Shown here piece after piece: positions 37,735 to 49,742 of a stretch of DNA of 64,000 nucleotides. The translations under genes were made by a program, and so were the position numbers. How positions within the stretch are numbered: the first letter of the stretch is position 1; every line of letters begins with the position of its first letter. Under the pieces are notes generated by a model. It did no database searches and had not been told where the DNA came from. It saw only the letters and a list, made by a program, of their open reading frames with translations. The stretch is from Lepidodermella squamata (lineage: Eukaryota > Animalia > Gastrotricha), in contig JBLDXI010000024.1 in NCBI GenBank assembly GCA_047495785.1, positions 5,332,001 through 5,396,000 of the forward strand. Direction: 5' to 3'.

Positions 37735-37837
37735 TTTCAATAATAATAATCTAAATTTTATTCGGAATGGAACGAAATGAAAACATGCGAATAAATTAAC
37801 ACAGAAAAGAAATCGTGCGGAATGATTGCGAAATAAG

Positions 37838-38737
37838 TTAAATGATGGTTTCAAGACTGCGAGCGTAGCCGAGCAAGTTCTTCGCAACATCGTCGACGGC
37901 AATCGATGAAGCATCACCAGTGATTCCGACCTTCGCGACCGGCTGATCGCCGGCGTGAACCCCAGCGACACTCAGTTTGTGCTGTTTAGCAGAGTCGCGG
38001 CGGAAAACAATGTCACCAGTCGACTGTTCAATAGGCCAGTTGGATTTCTTAGCGTAATCCTTCACCTCCGCCGGGTTAAGATGCAGTAAACGAGCTGCGT
38101 CTCCAAGTGTCAGCCTGTCATAGGCCTGCTCAACACAGCGAGCAATTTCAGACCGGACTGTCATAATTAGAAGGTCCATAAAGAACTTGTAGTTCTCCGC
38201 GGGCACGTTTTCACGAGCCAAAAATATCTTGTTGTAAGAGCCTTCCATCAAAAACTGTTCGAGTTGTATCGGATGGCGAATGTAGGGCGATGATTTCATC
38301 GCCTTTGCAGGTAATAGCTCAAGGTTCGCATGGAAATCAGCTAAACGGTTCTGGGCTAGTAAACACAGGAGATCTAAACCGAGTAAATGGTGATAGTAAG
38401 GCGATTCAGCCAATGTTGATCCAACGTCCATGTAGTAGGTCTTCAATTCTGCGATGTTCCGCTCAAATCCAGGCAAATCTTGAGTTTCGACTGAGAGTAA
38501 AGTCGCGATCTCCAGTGTGTTACGAATAATAAGCGTTTCCTGTTCAGTGCTGTCGCCTCCAGTGGGCATGAAACTAAGATCGGCGAGTAGCAGCTTCAGC
38601 GAACTGACAAGCTGCTGGCATTTCGCAATGTCACGTTCACGTTTATCGCGGTCCCATTCATTCTTAAGCGTTTCATATAAGGCACAAGCCTCCCTAAACT
38701 TGCTTTGTTTTTGTTGCTGTGGTGTGGGAGCCGACAT
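37838..38737 (-). CDS. PSMD8: 26S proteasome lid subunit Rpn12, single exon, 299 aa
   Basis: LLGLDLLCLLAQNRLADFH, YIRHPIQLEQFLMEGSYNK, YARSLETII end. Confidence 0.94.
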   Translation of the reverse strand: MSAPTPQQQKQSKFREACALYETLKNEWDRDKRERDIAKCQQLVSSLKLLLADLSFMPTGGDSTEQETLIIRNTLEIATLLSVETQDLPGFERNIAELKTYYMDVGSTLAESPYYHHLLGLDLLCLLAQNRLADFHANLELLPAKAMKSSPYIRHPIQLEQFLMEGSYNKIFLARENVPAENYKFFMDLLIMTVRSEIARCVEQAYDRLTLGDAARLLHLNPAEVKDYAKKSNWPIEQSTGDIVFRRDSAKQHKLSVAGVHAGDQPVAKVGITGDASSIAVDDVAKNLLGYARSLETII

Positions 38738-39809
38738 TATTCAATTAAAACTTCGCTAGGCAATATAGTTTTTGAATCAATCAGGCTGGAACGATACGAT
38801 TTAAAATCAAATTACACGAAAACACCTCCTACAGGCTAACTGCCATGCTTCAATTAGCAAGAGTCAACAGGAATGCTTACTCCAATTATTGTTGCCAAAT
38901 GACGAGCGAAAATCAGTAAAGGTAAACGAAGGAACAGAAAAGCCCTCAATAAAGTTTTATAAGGTCTGAAGGTGAACAGTGGACAACGAGAGTGAGGAGA
39001 GCGGAATTACTATAAACACCAGGTGGGTCGCAAACCTTATAGCTACACACTTTTGGCTGGTTTTCGCTAAGTTGAGACTGACGCGAGGCGTCACGTGCTC
39101 TGGAAGTTTGGATTAAATTAAATTAGGTGAAAATGCCCATACAATTATTAGAATATATATCTTACTGCGTAAAACATATTTATTTTAATAATATGTCATA
39201 AATTAATGAATGATTTGATTTCAAGTTTCTCTTCAAGTTATTTTGCCGGTGTAGCCTAAATGCAGTAAATAGTGATTGCAAACACCAACAAACACACGAC
39301 TTGTGCAGTCCAAGGATGACAACTGTTTCGGTAATAGGGCTCTCTGTATGTTCGATGATTGAATTCTCTTCCGGGTTAAGCGTAATGTCTAGTGTTATTG
39401 TTTCGATTCAATCAGAAGAAATATAATTTTACCCAAAAATATAGGTCGCGAATTCATCGCGAATCAGTCTTATAGTACGCCTCATGCTCTCGGGCATAGC
39501 GACTTGTAAGTATTTAGCTGATCTTCATTTCTGTCTTGAACTCCCTGAAAACGCAATCATTGCAAAGCCAAATGTAATGAAAATTTAAAGAAACGATTTA
39601 TTTTGCCAGTCATATTCTCCATTGAGTCGCAGTCATCAGCTTCAAAATGATCAATCGAATTAGGCGGCACAAGAGTACAAAACAATTTTTAATCGAAAGA
39701 ATACCCGTTTGACGAAACGCCGCCATGTACGTACCATACTATAAGCAAGGCAGAACAAAGCGGTTGAGATGAAGACAAGAGAAATACAAGCTTCGAAAAA
39801 AGATTAGCA

Positions 39810-42800
39810 TCAGTTTTGCCGCCTCCAAGAATTGGAAGATATACAAAGTGGACCAACTGTCCATGTTCCATCGCTTTGACACGTTATTGTGGAATCTCCC
39901 ATCATTTTGTAACCTGCGTTGCAATGGAAAATGAAGAAACTACCGACTGGATACTGCGCGTAACCCTCGTTAGGTACTGATTGACCTACGGTTTGCGCGT
40001 GATCGGGTACTCGAGGCGCCGCGCATTTAGCTGTTCGCAGTGACGGAGGCCGTGCTGGCAAAACCCGCTGCGTCAGCTCAATCCCGGCCATCGGCTCAAT
40101 CAGCGCATTCGAAATGGGCCGACTGGACAATTGCGAGGATTTGCACGTGAATACAGCAGCACTCCAAGTTCCATCCTAAATACGATTTTAATGAAAACAT
40201 TTCAGTGAAAATTCATTGGGCGACTGACCCGCAGGCAAGAAATGACCCCAGTAACCGTATAACCAGGATCGCAACAAAACTGGACGTAATCGCCAGTTGA
40301 ATACGATGACAATGGGCTGACGATTCTCGCGTTGGACGGAGTACCCGGTTGCGGACAGTTGCCACCTAAAAGATGCAACTAATCAGATCTAGATTTTCGA
40401 AACACCTGTCCCATACTTGAAAACATATTCCGATTTGGCCGCACTGCTGGCATAAAGCCGCGGGTTGCTGGTTGGCAGGTCATACTGACACTGGTCCAAG
40501 TGCCGTCGGAAGCGCATTGCATTGTGCCATAAATAGTGTACCCAGTGTCACAGCCATACTGAACCGTGTCGCCGATGTTATACGGCGAAGCGGGCCAGAA
40601 CGAGCTCGATGTGGGAATATTGAGCGATTTTGAAAACATCGGCAAATCGGGGTTTGCGCAGCTCGATGTAATTTGCAGGTTTTCAGCTGGTGAGCATGTG
40701 AAATCACTAATCGTCCAACCACCCTCTTGACACCTATGGAAGCACGCTATTTCGAAGACACAGATTTTAATCAAAATGAGTCACCTTATATTACAGTTGC
40801 CGGCAGCTTTATAACCATTAGCGCAACCGTAGGATATGACATCACCGATGGCATATCGCCCATTTCGTTTGCTTGGAGCTGACACGATATAAGAATTCCG
40901 AGGACTGACAGGGTCACTGCAACCAGTAGCTGTAATGACATTTGAATAGAAACTTTCTAGCGTCAAAATTTGCGACTTACCGACAGGTTGGCACGAGAAG
41001 GTTATACCACTCCAACTGCCGTCATTCAGGCACTGTATTCTAGGATCACCAACAAGATCAAAGCCACGGTTGCAAGAAAATCGAAGAGAATCGCCAACTG
41101 AAAACTGATCGCCACGAGATGACATAGAATCTCGGATCAAATAGGCGTTCGGTGGACAGTTTGGCAGAATGCACGTTACCACTCGGTTTGGTTGGCAAAT
41201 CAAATCGCAGCCCTGCCACGTTCCATCGGATTGGCACGTTGCGATGGCTGACGAGCCGAAATTCGGAGTATATCCGTCGTTGCAAACAAAAGTTACCGTA
41301 TCGCCGACCTGATAGTTGTCTGTCCGCGATCGGAACATTTTCGCATTAGCCGGTACGCTAGGGGTCTGGCAGGTAACTTTGTTTTTCAGGCAGCTCAACG
41401 CGGGTTGCGTAAAAGCTCCCGAGGGCAGACACTCGATAGTTTCACATCCATCCAATGTGTAGCCATCAGGACAGCTCAGGCGAACCTTATCGCCTACGTT
41501 GTACGCTTCGCGAGAAGTGGCGACAAAGACCAACGCTGGGAGGGGTACCATGCGGCATGTGACGGGCCTAGGCGCACAGTACATGGAAGATTGCGACCAT
41601 TGGCCGTTTTCCAAGCACGTAATCTTGATATTGCCACTGCGCAGCTCAAAGCCTGTCACGCAGTCGAACACCATGTAGTCACCTACGCTGAACTGATTGC
41701 CGGACTTGGGCGGCGAAGAATCGCTGATTATCGCGTTTTCGGGAACTGGCGGGCTTGAACACATTGGGGCTATGAAAATAATTGCCTATTAATAAGCTAG
41801 CAGCGAATTATTCATACCACATACCTCTCTCGCATTTTAGTGAAGTTGGAGTCCAAGTACCGTCTTGCTGGCAGGTCAACATACAAGGACCACCTGATGG
41901 ATTGTATCCACCTGGGTTGCAAGCTAAGGTGATAGAATTTCCAACCGCGAATCTATCCTCGTCTCTCAACGACGAACTCCGACTCGCGATGAATGTATTA
42001 GCTGGTAATCTCGGCATCGGACAGGTGATGACTGAAATATGAGTAAGTAATGAATTGTGAAAAAAATAAAACAACGAGCAACGAACATGTAAGAAACTAA
42101 AATAATCAGCAGCTCACCTTTTGTACAGCAGAAATTTGAGTCGGTCCAAGAACCTGTTGGTTGGCAAGTTATAGTGGCAAATCCTTGACCTTGGTAGCCA
42201 TCAATACAGCCATATTGGATGAATGAATTTGCTAGATACTGGCCATTAGGCTCCATGGGAGAAGAGTTCGCGATAAATCCATTTGATGGCGTATTTGGTT
42301 TAGGACACAGAATCACTGAAGAGGAAAACGTGAAAAGGGATTGTTACGTTTGATGTTTGACTCATCTTTTACCTCTATTGCATTGCAAAGAATTTTCGCT
42401 CCATCTTCCAGATTGCAAGCAGGTGATTGTTCCGTATCCGCTTTGTCTGAAGCCTTCCACGCAGGCGTACTGCAACAAGCTTCCCACTGAATATCTGCCA
42501 TTATTGTTTGGCGAACTGTTGACCAAGTACGAATTGGCCGGTGCAAGTTGGCTCGGAGACGCGCAAGTTACAACAGGCTCGCAGTATAACGTTGACTTTG
42601 ACCATGTGCCGCTGTCGAGGCAACGAACTTCTCCCGAGCCAGAGGAAGTGTAACCGTCTCGACATGTGAACTGAACGAAGTCACCTGGGTAATACGTATT
42701 GCCCTCCTTCGCTGGAGACGAGTTGGCGATGTAAGCGTTCGGTAACACCTCAGGGCAAGGACATATTTTGACTGAAGAAGAAACAGTGAGGGATGAGGGA

Positions 42801-45800
42801 ACCTCTCAAAATAATTGATTACTATTACTTTTGTTGCAGGTGATCGAAGAGTTACTGGACCATCGACCCCCAGACTGGCAGGTTATACGACTGCTAACGC
42901 GCATGTCTGCCGCTTTGAAGCCAGGGTTGCATTCAAAATCTACATGATCGCCAACCAGGTACTGCGAACCATCTGGCGAGCTGGGAATTCCACCGCTTAT
43001 CCGAGCATTGCCAGGCACAGATGGGTTAGGACAATAAACTGAAACAAGATACCCCATAATGAAAATAGTTTTTCCAGTTTTTTGATGCGCAGAACGGAAA
43101 GAAACATAAAAACTTTGCAAAACTTAGAATTGCATGCAATTTGGTTAAAACGCTACCTGGAACTGCCATTTCGGAAAAAGAAACGTTTCAATATTCAGAA
43201 TTCTTCGCTCTAATGGAAAACTGTGATTCCTCAAGATAAAATTAAGGGTGCTCACTTCGAGTACAGCAAAAAGCAGGCTGAGTCCACGAGCCGTCATCGT
43301 TACAAGTGATCATGCTTTGCCCCTCTAGCTTGTACTCATCATAACAAGCGTACTCGATGTAACTTCCAACTGTGTAACGCCCGTTCGAATCAGGTGAATT
43401 TGTCCGCCGCATGTAGCCATTTGCAGGTGTTGCAGGGGGCGATCCGCAAGTTTTAACCTGCGTGCACATCAACGTCGACTGGCTCCATTGGCCAGATTTT
43501 TGACACAAGGTTTGGGCGATCGTTCCAGGTAGGGCGACGAAGCCGTCTAAACAGGCGTAGACTAACCTAGCACCCACTTCATAGCCTTGTCTTGTTGGGG
43601 TCGAGGACTGTGCTTGAACGATTTTCGCGTTTCGCGGCATTGGAGGATCCTGGCACTTCGCTGTTTGAAGAAATGATAAATTTCCTAGCAAAAACATTGC
43701 GTACAACTTACTGATAGTGCAACAAAAGGTGAGCGGGCTCCATCTGCCATCATCCTGGCATACTACTGTGTCTCGACCAGTCACTTCGTAACCCTCTTGG
43801 CAGACGAATTTGACCTGTGTTCCTACTGAGTATTGGCCACCAGTTGTTGCCAATGGCGCATTTGAAACGAACGCATTGGCCGGTGTTTGGGGCCAAGGTC
43901 CACACAGAATGATTTTCGAGCATTGGAACCGCGTGACAGTCCATTGGCCGTTGTCCTGGCATTCAATGCGCGTCTCGTCTTTACCCGTCGATGGCGAGTA
44001 GCCATCGATGCAAGAAAATCGAACTGACTCCCGGATTTGGTAAACTGTTTTCAACTGGGCGCCAACAGCTACGGTGAATCTAGGCAGGCTCGGCATGCTG
44101 CAGGTAACTGAACAGATCGGTGAGGATATTGGACTGTAGAGTCGAGATTAAACCTACTTTTAGTGCAGCAGAAATTGAACGGGCTCCAAGATCCGTCACC
44201 CTGGCAGCTAATTGTGTCAACTCCACTCAGATCAAATGTTGGGTTACAGGCATATCGGATCTTAGTACCAACTGCGTAAGACGTAACTGCTTTTGATCCG
44301 GCGTACAAAGCGTTCGTTGTTAACACGTAAGAATCAGCAGGTGGTTGAGGCAGTGTGCCACAGGTAACCAGTTTCTTGCAGGTCATTGCACATTGGGACC
44401 AGCTTCCGTCCTCGAGACAGCGGCATCGGTTATCGGCAGCCATTCCCGCAGGAGTATAGCCATCTGCGCAAAGATATTGGACGACATCTCCTGGCGAGTA
44501 TTCGCTTAGCAGGGCGACTGACGGCTGTGTGTACATCGGCAGTGTTGGACGAGGGCAGGCGACTGTCAATGCAATAACCAACATTATCAAGGATTAGGAT
44601 CTAAGATGAAGCTCACTCTTGGTGCATCGGTAGGTTATTCGACTCCAGGAGCCATCACCTAAACATACGACCGTATCAGCACCACTCGGCGCAGTTCCGG
44701 AAGTACAGGACATTTTAACAGTCGTCCCAACAGCATAGCTGCTCTGTAAACTTGTTCCACCCGAGTAGAAACCATTGAGTGGTGGAGGTGGAAGTTGTGG
44801 GCAGGTAATGACTAAGGGAAGCACAATAGACTATACTATTTCACATCTCGTGAAAGGCTCACTTTTCTGGCAGGTGCAAGCAAGAGACGATGACCATTGC
44901 CCGTTCGGCAGACACTGCGCCCGACAATCAGCGCTGGCTGCCGCCAAAGTGTAGCCGAGGAGGCACGTAAATTGAACGACATCACCAGGGTTGTACTGGG
45001 CTTGCAGTGAAGTTGGCCGCGTCAATGGCGGTGTTTTTGGAGCAGTACACGTGACTGCAGAGAATAAAATGTCAAAGACAAAGAGCGATGACTAATTAGC
45101 ATACTTTTGTTACAGCAAAAGTCGGTGGTACTCCAAGTTCCATCCGCCTGGCAGACTATCGTATCAGGTCCATCTGGAACGTGCCCGGGTAGGCAGACTA
45201 ACTTGGCCCTAGCACCGACTGTGTAACTGCCTAGCATTGGGGTTCCTTCGGCGTAGAAAGCATTCATAGGCGGGGAAGGCACTGATGCGCATGTTATCAC
45301 TGGAACGAAAAAGTAAGGAATCGGTTTTAACGCACAGAGACGGCTGATACCTTTGCTGCATTTGCATATCGGTGTGGGCGACCATTGGCCATTAGCTTGG
45401 CAAAGAGAGCGACACTCATCCTGGTCGCAGTTAGCCTCATAACCTTCGAAGCAGGTGAAAAGAACTGAATCGCCAGGGCTGTAAGACGTCTGGAGATTCG
45501 CCACTCTTGAGTAAGGCGGGGTTCTTGGGGACGGACATCTGACTACACAATGATATGAAGAATGATTAAATAATTTGCGATCATTTCTCCTAGTATACCC
45601 GGTAAGCATTCGCATCTAGGCGTTGGCGACCACTGTCCATTTTCTAGGCACTGCGACCGGCAATCATCAGGCGACCAACTTGCAGCATAACCATCGAAGC
45701 ATGTGAACTGAACAGTATCACCCATGTTATAGGATGTCTGTAAATTATTCGGCCTTGCATAGGATGGCGGTTTTGGGGCTCGGCAAGAAACTAAAAAATA

Positions 45801-48800
45801 CTATCAAGGAACTACCCTATTTAGATATTTCCCTTACCTCTTACGCAGCTGCAAGAAGAGGTCGAAGACCAAGTTCCGTTGTCTAAGCATCTCGCCGTGC
45901 AGTCAGATGGCTGGCAGTCCGTGACGTAGCCCTTCAAGCAAACGTATTGAACAACGTCACCAGGCGCGTACTCCGATTGCAGAGCCGTGGGCCGGGTATT
46001 GGGCGGGGTCGTTGGGGCCTGGCAAGAAATTCTGATGCAGGTGAAGCTACACTGCGACCAACCGCCTGATCCTTGGCACTGGCGGCTCATGTCAGATCCA
46101 GGGGCGGGTTTAAAGCCTTCATCGCACGCATATGTCAAAGTATCACCGATGGTATAACGCCCATTTGGTGAAGATCCCCTGGCAACGTGAGCATTCGGGG
46201 GCGGCGGGGGTACTTCGCACGTCACAACTGATAAATAAAAAGAAAGGGCAGGTCAGGAAAATGTATCAGCTAAATTTTTCAGCCCAAGAAATGAATTAGG
46301 AACATAAAGTTCAGTTGAGAAAAACGAAAATTTCAAGGCAAATTCCCGCGACATGGTGATTTTCGCACTTTTGAAGCAGGCTATTGATATTGGCGTCCAG
46401 GTTGCGTTAGCCTGGCATGTGATAGTGTCAAAGCCGAACATGGTGTATCCTTCGCAACAAGTCAGCTGCACGACATCGCCAGCTCTGAATCGCTGTGGTA
46501 CGACGCTTGGTCGGATTATCAGTGAGTTCTGAGGTATATTCGGCGGCGGACACTCGAGGGCTACATGTTCAAGTCGAGATGATGCAATAATTTTCGATTT
46601 TAAAGCGGACCGCTATCTTGTTTTCTTTACTTTTCTTGAAAGTAAGCTCAACTACTTACCTTGACAAACAAAAAATCCCGGCGTCCATGTTCCATCTCTT
46701 TGGCATGTAATTGTCGCCGTACCCATTCTAAGGTAAGCAACTTGTTTCTAACCTTGAGCTTTGCTGGTCAATGAAGCTTACATTGTGTACCCATCGCGGC
46801 AGCTATATGTCAATACATCGCCAACATTGTAAGAACCTGATGGGGTAAAGGGTTCGGAGTTCCTTGCTATCGCTATTGCGTTGGCTGGTTGCTCGGGCGA
46901 TGGGCAGTACACAGCTGTAATTGCGGAAATATATTAGCTTACAGACAGTGACAGTGACAAATTTTACGCTTAGGGCGGCATATAAGTGAATCACTCGACC
47001 AAGTTCCATCAGCTTGGCATGCGATTGTTGTCCGTCCAAGAGGGTCGAAACCGTCGAGGCATGCGAACTGAACAACATCGCCGACTACGTAGCGATTGCC
47101 AGATCGCGATGGCCCGAAATTAGCGACATAGGCATTCGATGGCGTGTCAGGGATTGGGCAAGTCGTAACTTGTCGCTGGCAGGTCAAAGTGGCCGATGAC
47201 CAGGCCCCTGATGGTAGACATTGGCGTGTAGTACGTCCTATTGCTTCAAAACCAGCTTGACAGCCGTATTGAATGACATCTCCAACAGAGAAGCCGCGGG
47301 AAGACGGCCTAGGTGAGCTTAAAACCACAGCATTGACTGGTACATCTGGATTGGGACACGCAGCCGCTGCAGCAAAGAAATAATATCGGGTAAATATAAT
47401 GATTTCTCATTACGAGGCCTTGTAACTTGGAACGTTAACAACAACATTTTTGAGCGTGAACTAATGATAGAGGTTGATATCGAGTTTAGTCATGAGAGAT
47501 ATGAGAGAGAAGGGTTGAGAGCTAAGATGCTGAGTGTAGTTAAATAACCGAAAACAGCCATAAAACGGTATTTCATAAATTTTGGAGAACAAACTCATGC
47601 TTTCTGCAGTCGCTAAACTCACGAGGGATATAGGCCACACAGCAGAAACTTGACATATCTGACCACGATCCATCAGGTTGGCACTGCACTGTCGCGCGGC
47701 CGGAAGCGTTATACCCGGGTCTACATCCGAATTGAATGAAATCGCCGATTCGGTAACAAGAATCCGGCAACATTGGCGATCCGTTGATGATTACAGCATT
47801 GGGCGGCATGCTCGGCATGCGACAGAACGCAGCTGAGCTCGGCCGCATGAGAATGGGCAGCAACGGCTGGCACATGAGCCTAGCTGGGGTCCATGTGCCG
47901 TCAGCAAGGCATTGCATGCTGGCGACACCCATAGGCGTATAGTTGTCGCGACAGGACAGCTGAATGAAATCACCAACGCTGTACGAGTTGCGACTTCCAC
48001 CAATGATGTAGGTGTTGTCCGGGATGAGTGGACGAGCGCAGCTGACTAAGAAGGTGTCAATTGTTCAAGAGATTCTGCCGTTGCGTGCGATGGGTCAACA
48101 GCCAAGCAAACTCAATAAAACGAAGGGATAGGCGCGAAATGCAAATGATGGTACTAAGCGAGGATTCAAAACTAAAATAGATCAAGCCAAGGAGGCTGAG
48201 CCAACCATTGCAACCGAGATAAGACAACTACAGAACAGTGTCGGCATAATCGTACAGGGCAAGCCGTTCCAGAGAATGAATCAGTCCTTCTCAAGCGAGT
48301 CATCTAGGATAGTCATCTATGACCGAGATTGCGACACAACTTTAAAAAGCATCGTTTTAATGGTGACCTAGTTTTATTTGACCTAAAGATTGGTTGGTGA
48401 GTAAAGGCTTAAAGGCTTTGCGCTAACAAAGCGGATGATGCTTAGAAATGAACGTAAAATAAGAAGCACTACGAATCAAGGTAAACAAGCATAGCAAATT
48501 GATCGGTAACTTTACTAACGAATTTGTTCAGCACGGCATGTGAGCGTTGACCGTGTCCAAGATCCATCCGGCTGACAGCAAATTGTGTCACCCTCGCCAA
48601 CAACCGTATTACGGCAACTGTAACCAACGTCGCAATTAAATTGCACCTAAAATGCATTATGCGATAGCTGATGAATCCTACACGTAGTGACTTCTGTAAG
48701 TACCTGGTCGCCGATATTATACCGGCCATCATTACGCGTACTCCCGTCGCGCAGGATATAAGCGTTGTCTGGCACAGGAGGTGCTGCGCACGTTCGAACC

Positions 48801-49136
48801 ATTGGAGCTGGGGGCGGTGCTATTCGGCTCGACATGCACTTCGGCTGTTCGGACCATGACGAATCTCGTAGGCAGTAGATTGCCGGCACGCCCGCTAGGG
48901 TGTAGCCATCACGACAGCCGTACAAAATGTAATCGCCCGGCGTGAAGGGTGAGCCAGCATCACATGGCGATTGTTTGATTACGTAACTGCGAGTGTGTGT
49001 TGTGTAAATAATGGGTGATTATTGTAATAATAGGTGAAACGCACGCGTTGGACGGAACCGGAGGCTCGATGCAGCGCGCGGCGGCCGTCGACGCCACGGC
49101 GCCGAGCAGCGCCAGCGCTAGCAGGCTCGACGGCAT
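39810..49136 (-). CDS. Giant secreted CCP/sushi-only protein, about 34 domains
   Basis: ATG 49136 with signal MPSSLLALALLGAVASTAA; continuous CCP modules across mostly phase-1 ~50-nt introns; ends PLCISSNSWRRQN* with no TM. Confidence 0.8.
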
Positions 49137-49742
49137 GCTGGCGCGGTCAGTCGAAGCAGTGGGGGTCTAACAACAAGATTTTGACTCTCGATAACTTTTT
49201 TGTTGCAGCCACCAGCGGTAATTACTATTATGTTTCAGTGTTGGCCAAGCGCGAACAACGACGGCGTTCAACAATAATAATAACAGCGAAGAAGCAAAAC
49301 GGCGCACTGCCTCAAAAAACGGCGCCGTGTTTGCCGGCATGTGTGTTTGCGAGGCAGGGGTCGGCTCGTCCGCGCGCTCGCCAAACACAAAAAGACGGCC
49401 GGCCACTAACGGCAGCAATAACAGCAGTCGTTTGTTTTTGCATCTCACTCGCGGCCGCCATCTCGTATATATTTACATTTGCCACTGTGAAATTTTTGTG
49501 CTGTAACTGCGCTTCCTTTACCTTCCGCGCAATAAACGCGGCTCTTTTTTTAGAGAGCTCGCAAAAAACCAAGTGTGTTGAAAAAACGTGCGAGCGTGTG
49601 ACACTATGCTTTATTAATACATCAGTATAGGTCTCTGAACACAAAAATCTCACTCTCTTATGAAAATCCTAATCATTGTCTAACAGTCTGTAGTTGCGTC
49701 GACACATAAAGAACGTGCGGATCTGCAGTACCGGCAGTTGTT

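Noticed and set aside
37735-37971. N-terminal extension of RABGGTA overlapping PSMD8
   Set aside because: The conserved MHGRVK start is at 37734; the upstream frame is non-ATG and reads through U-rich spacer.
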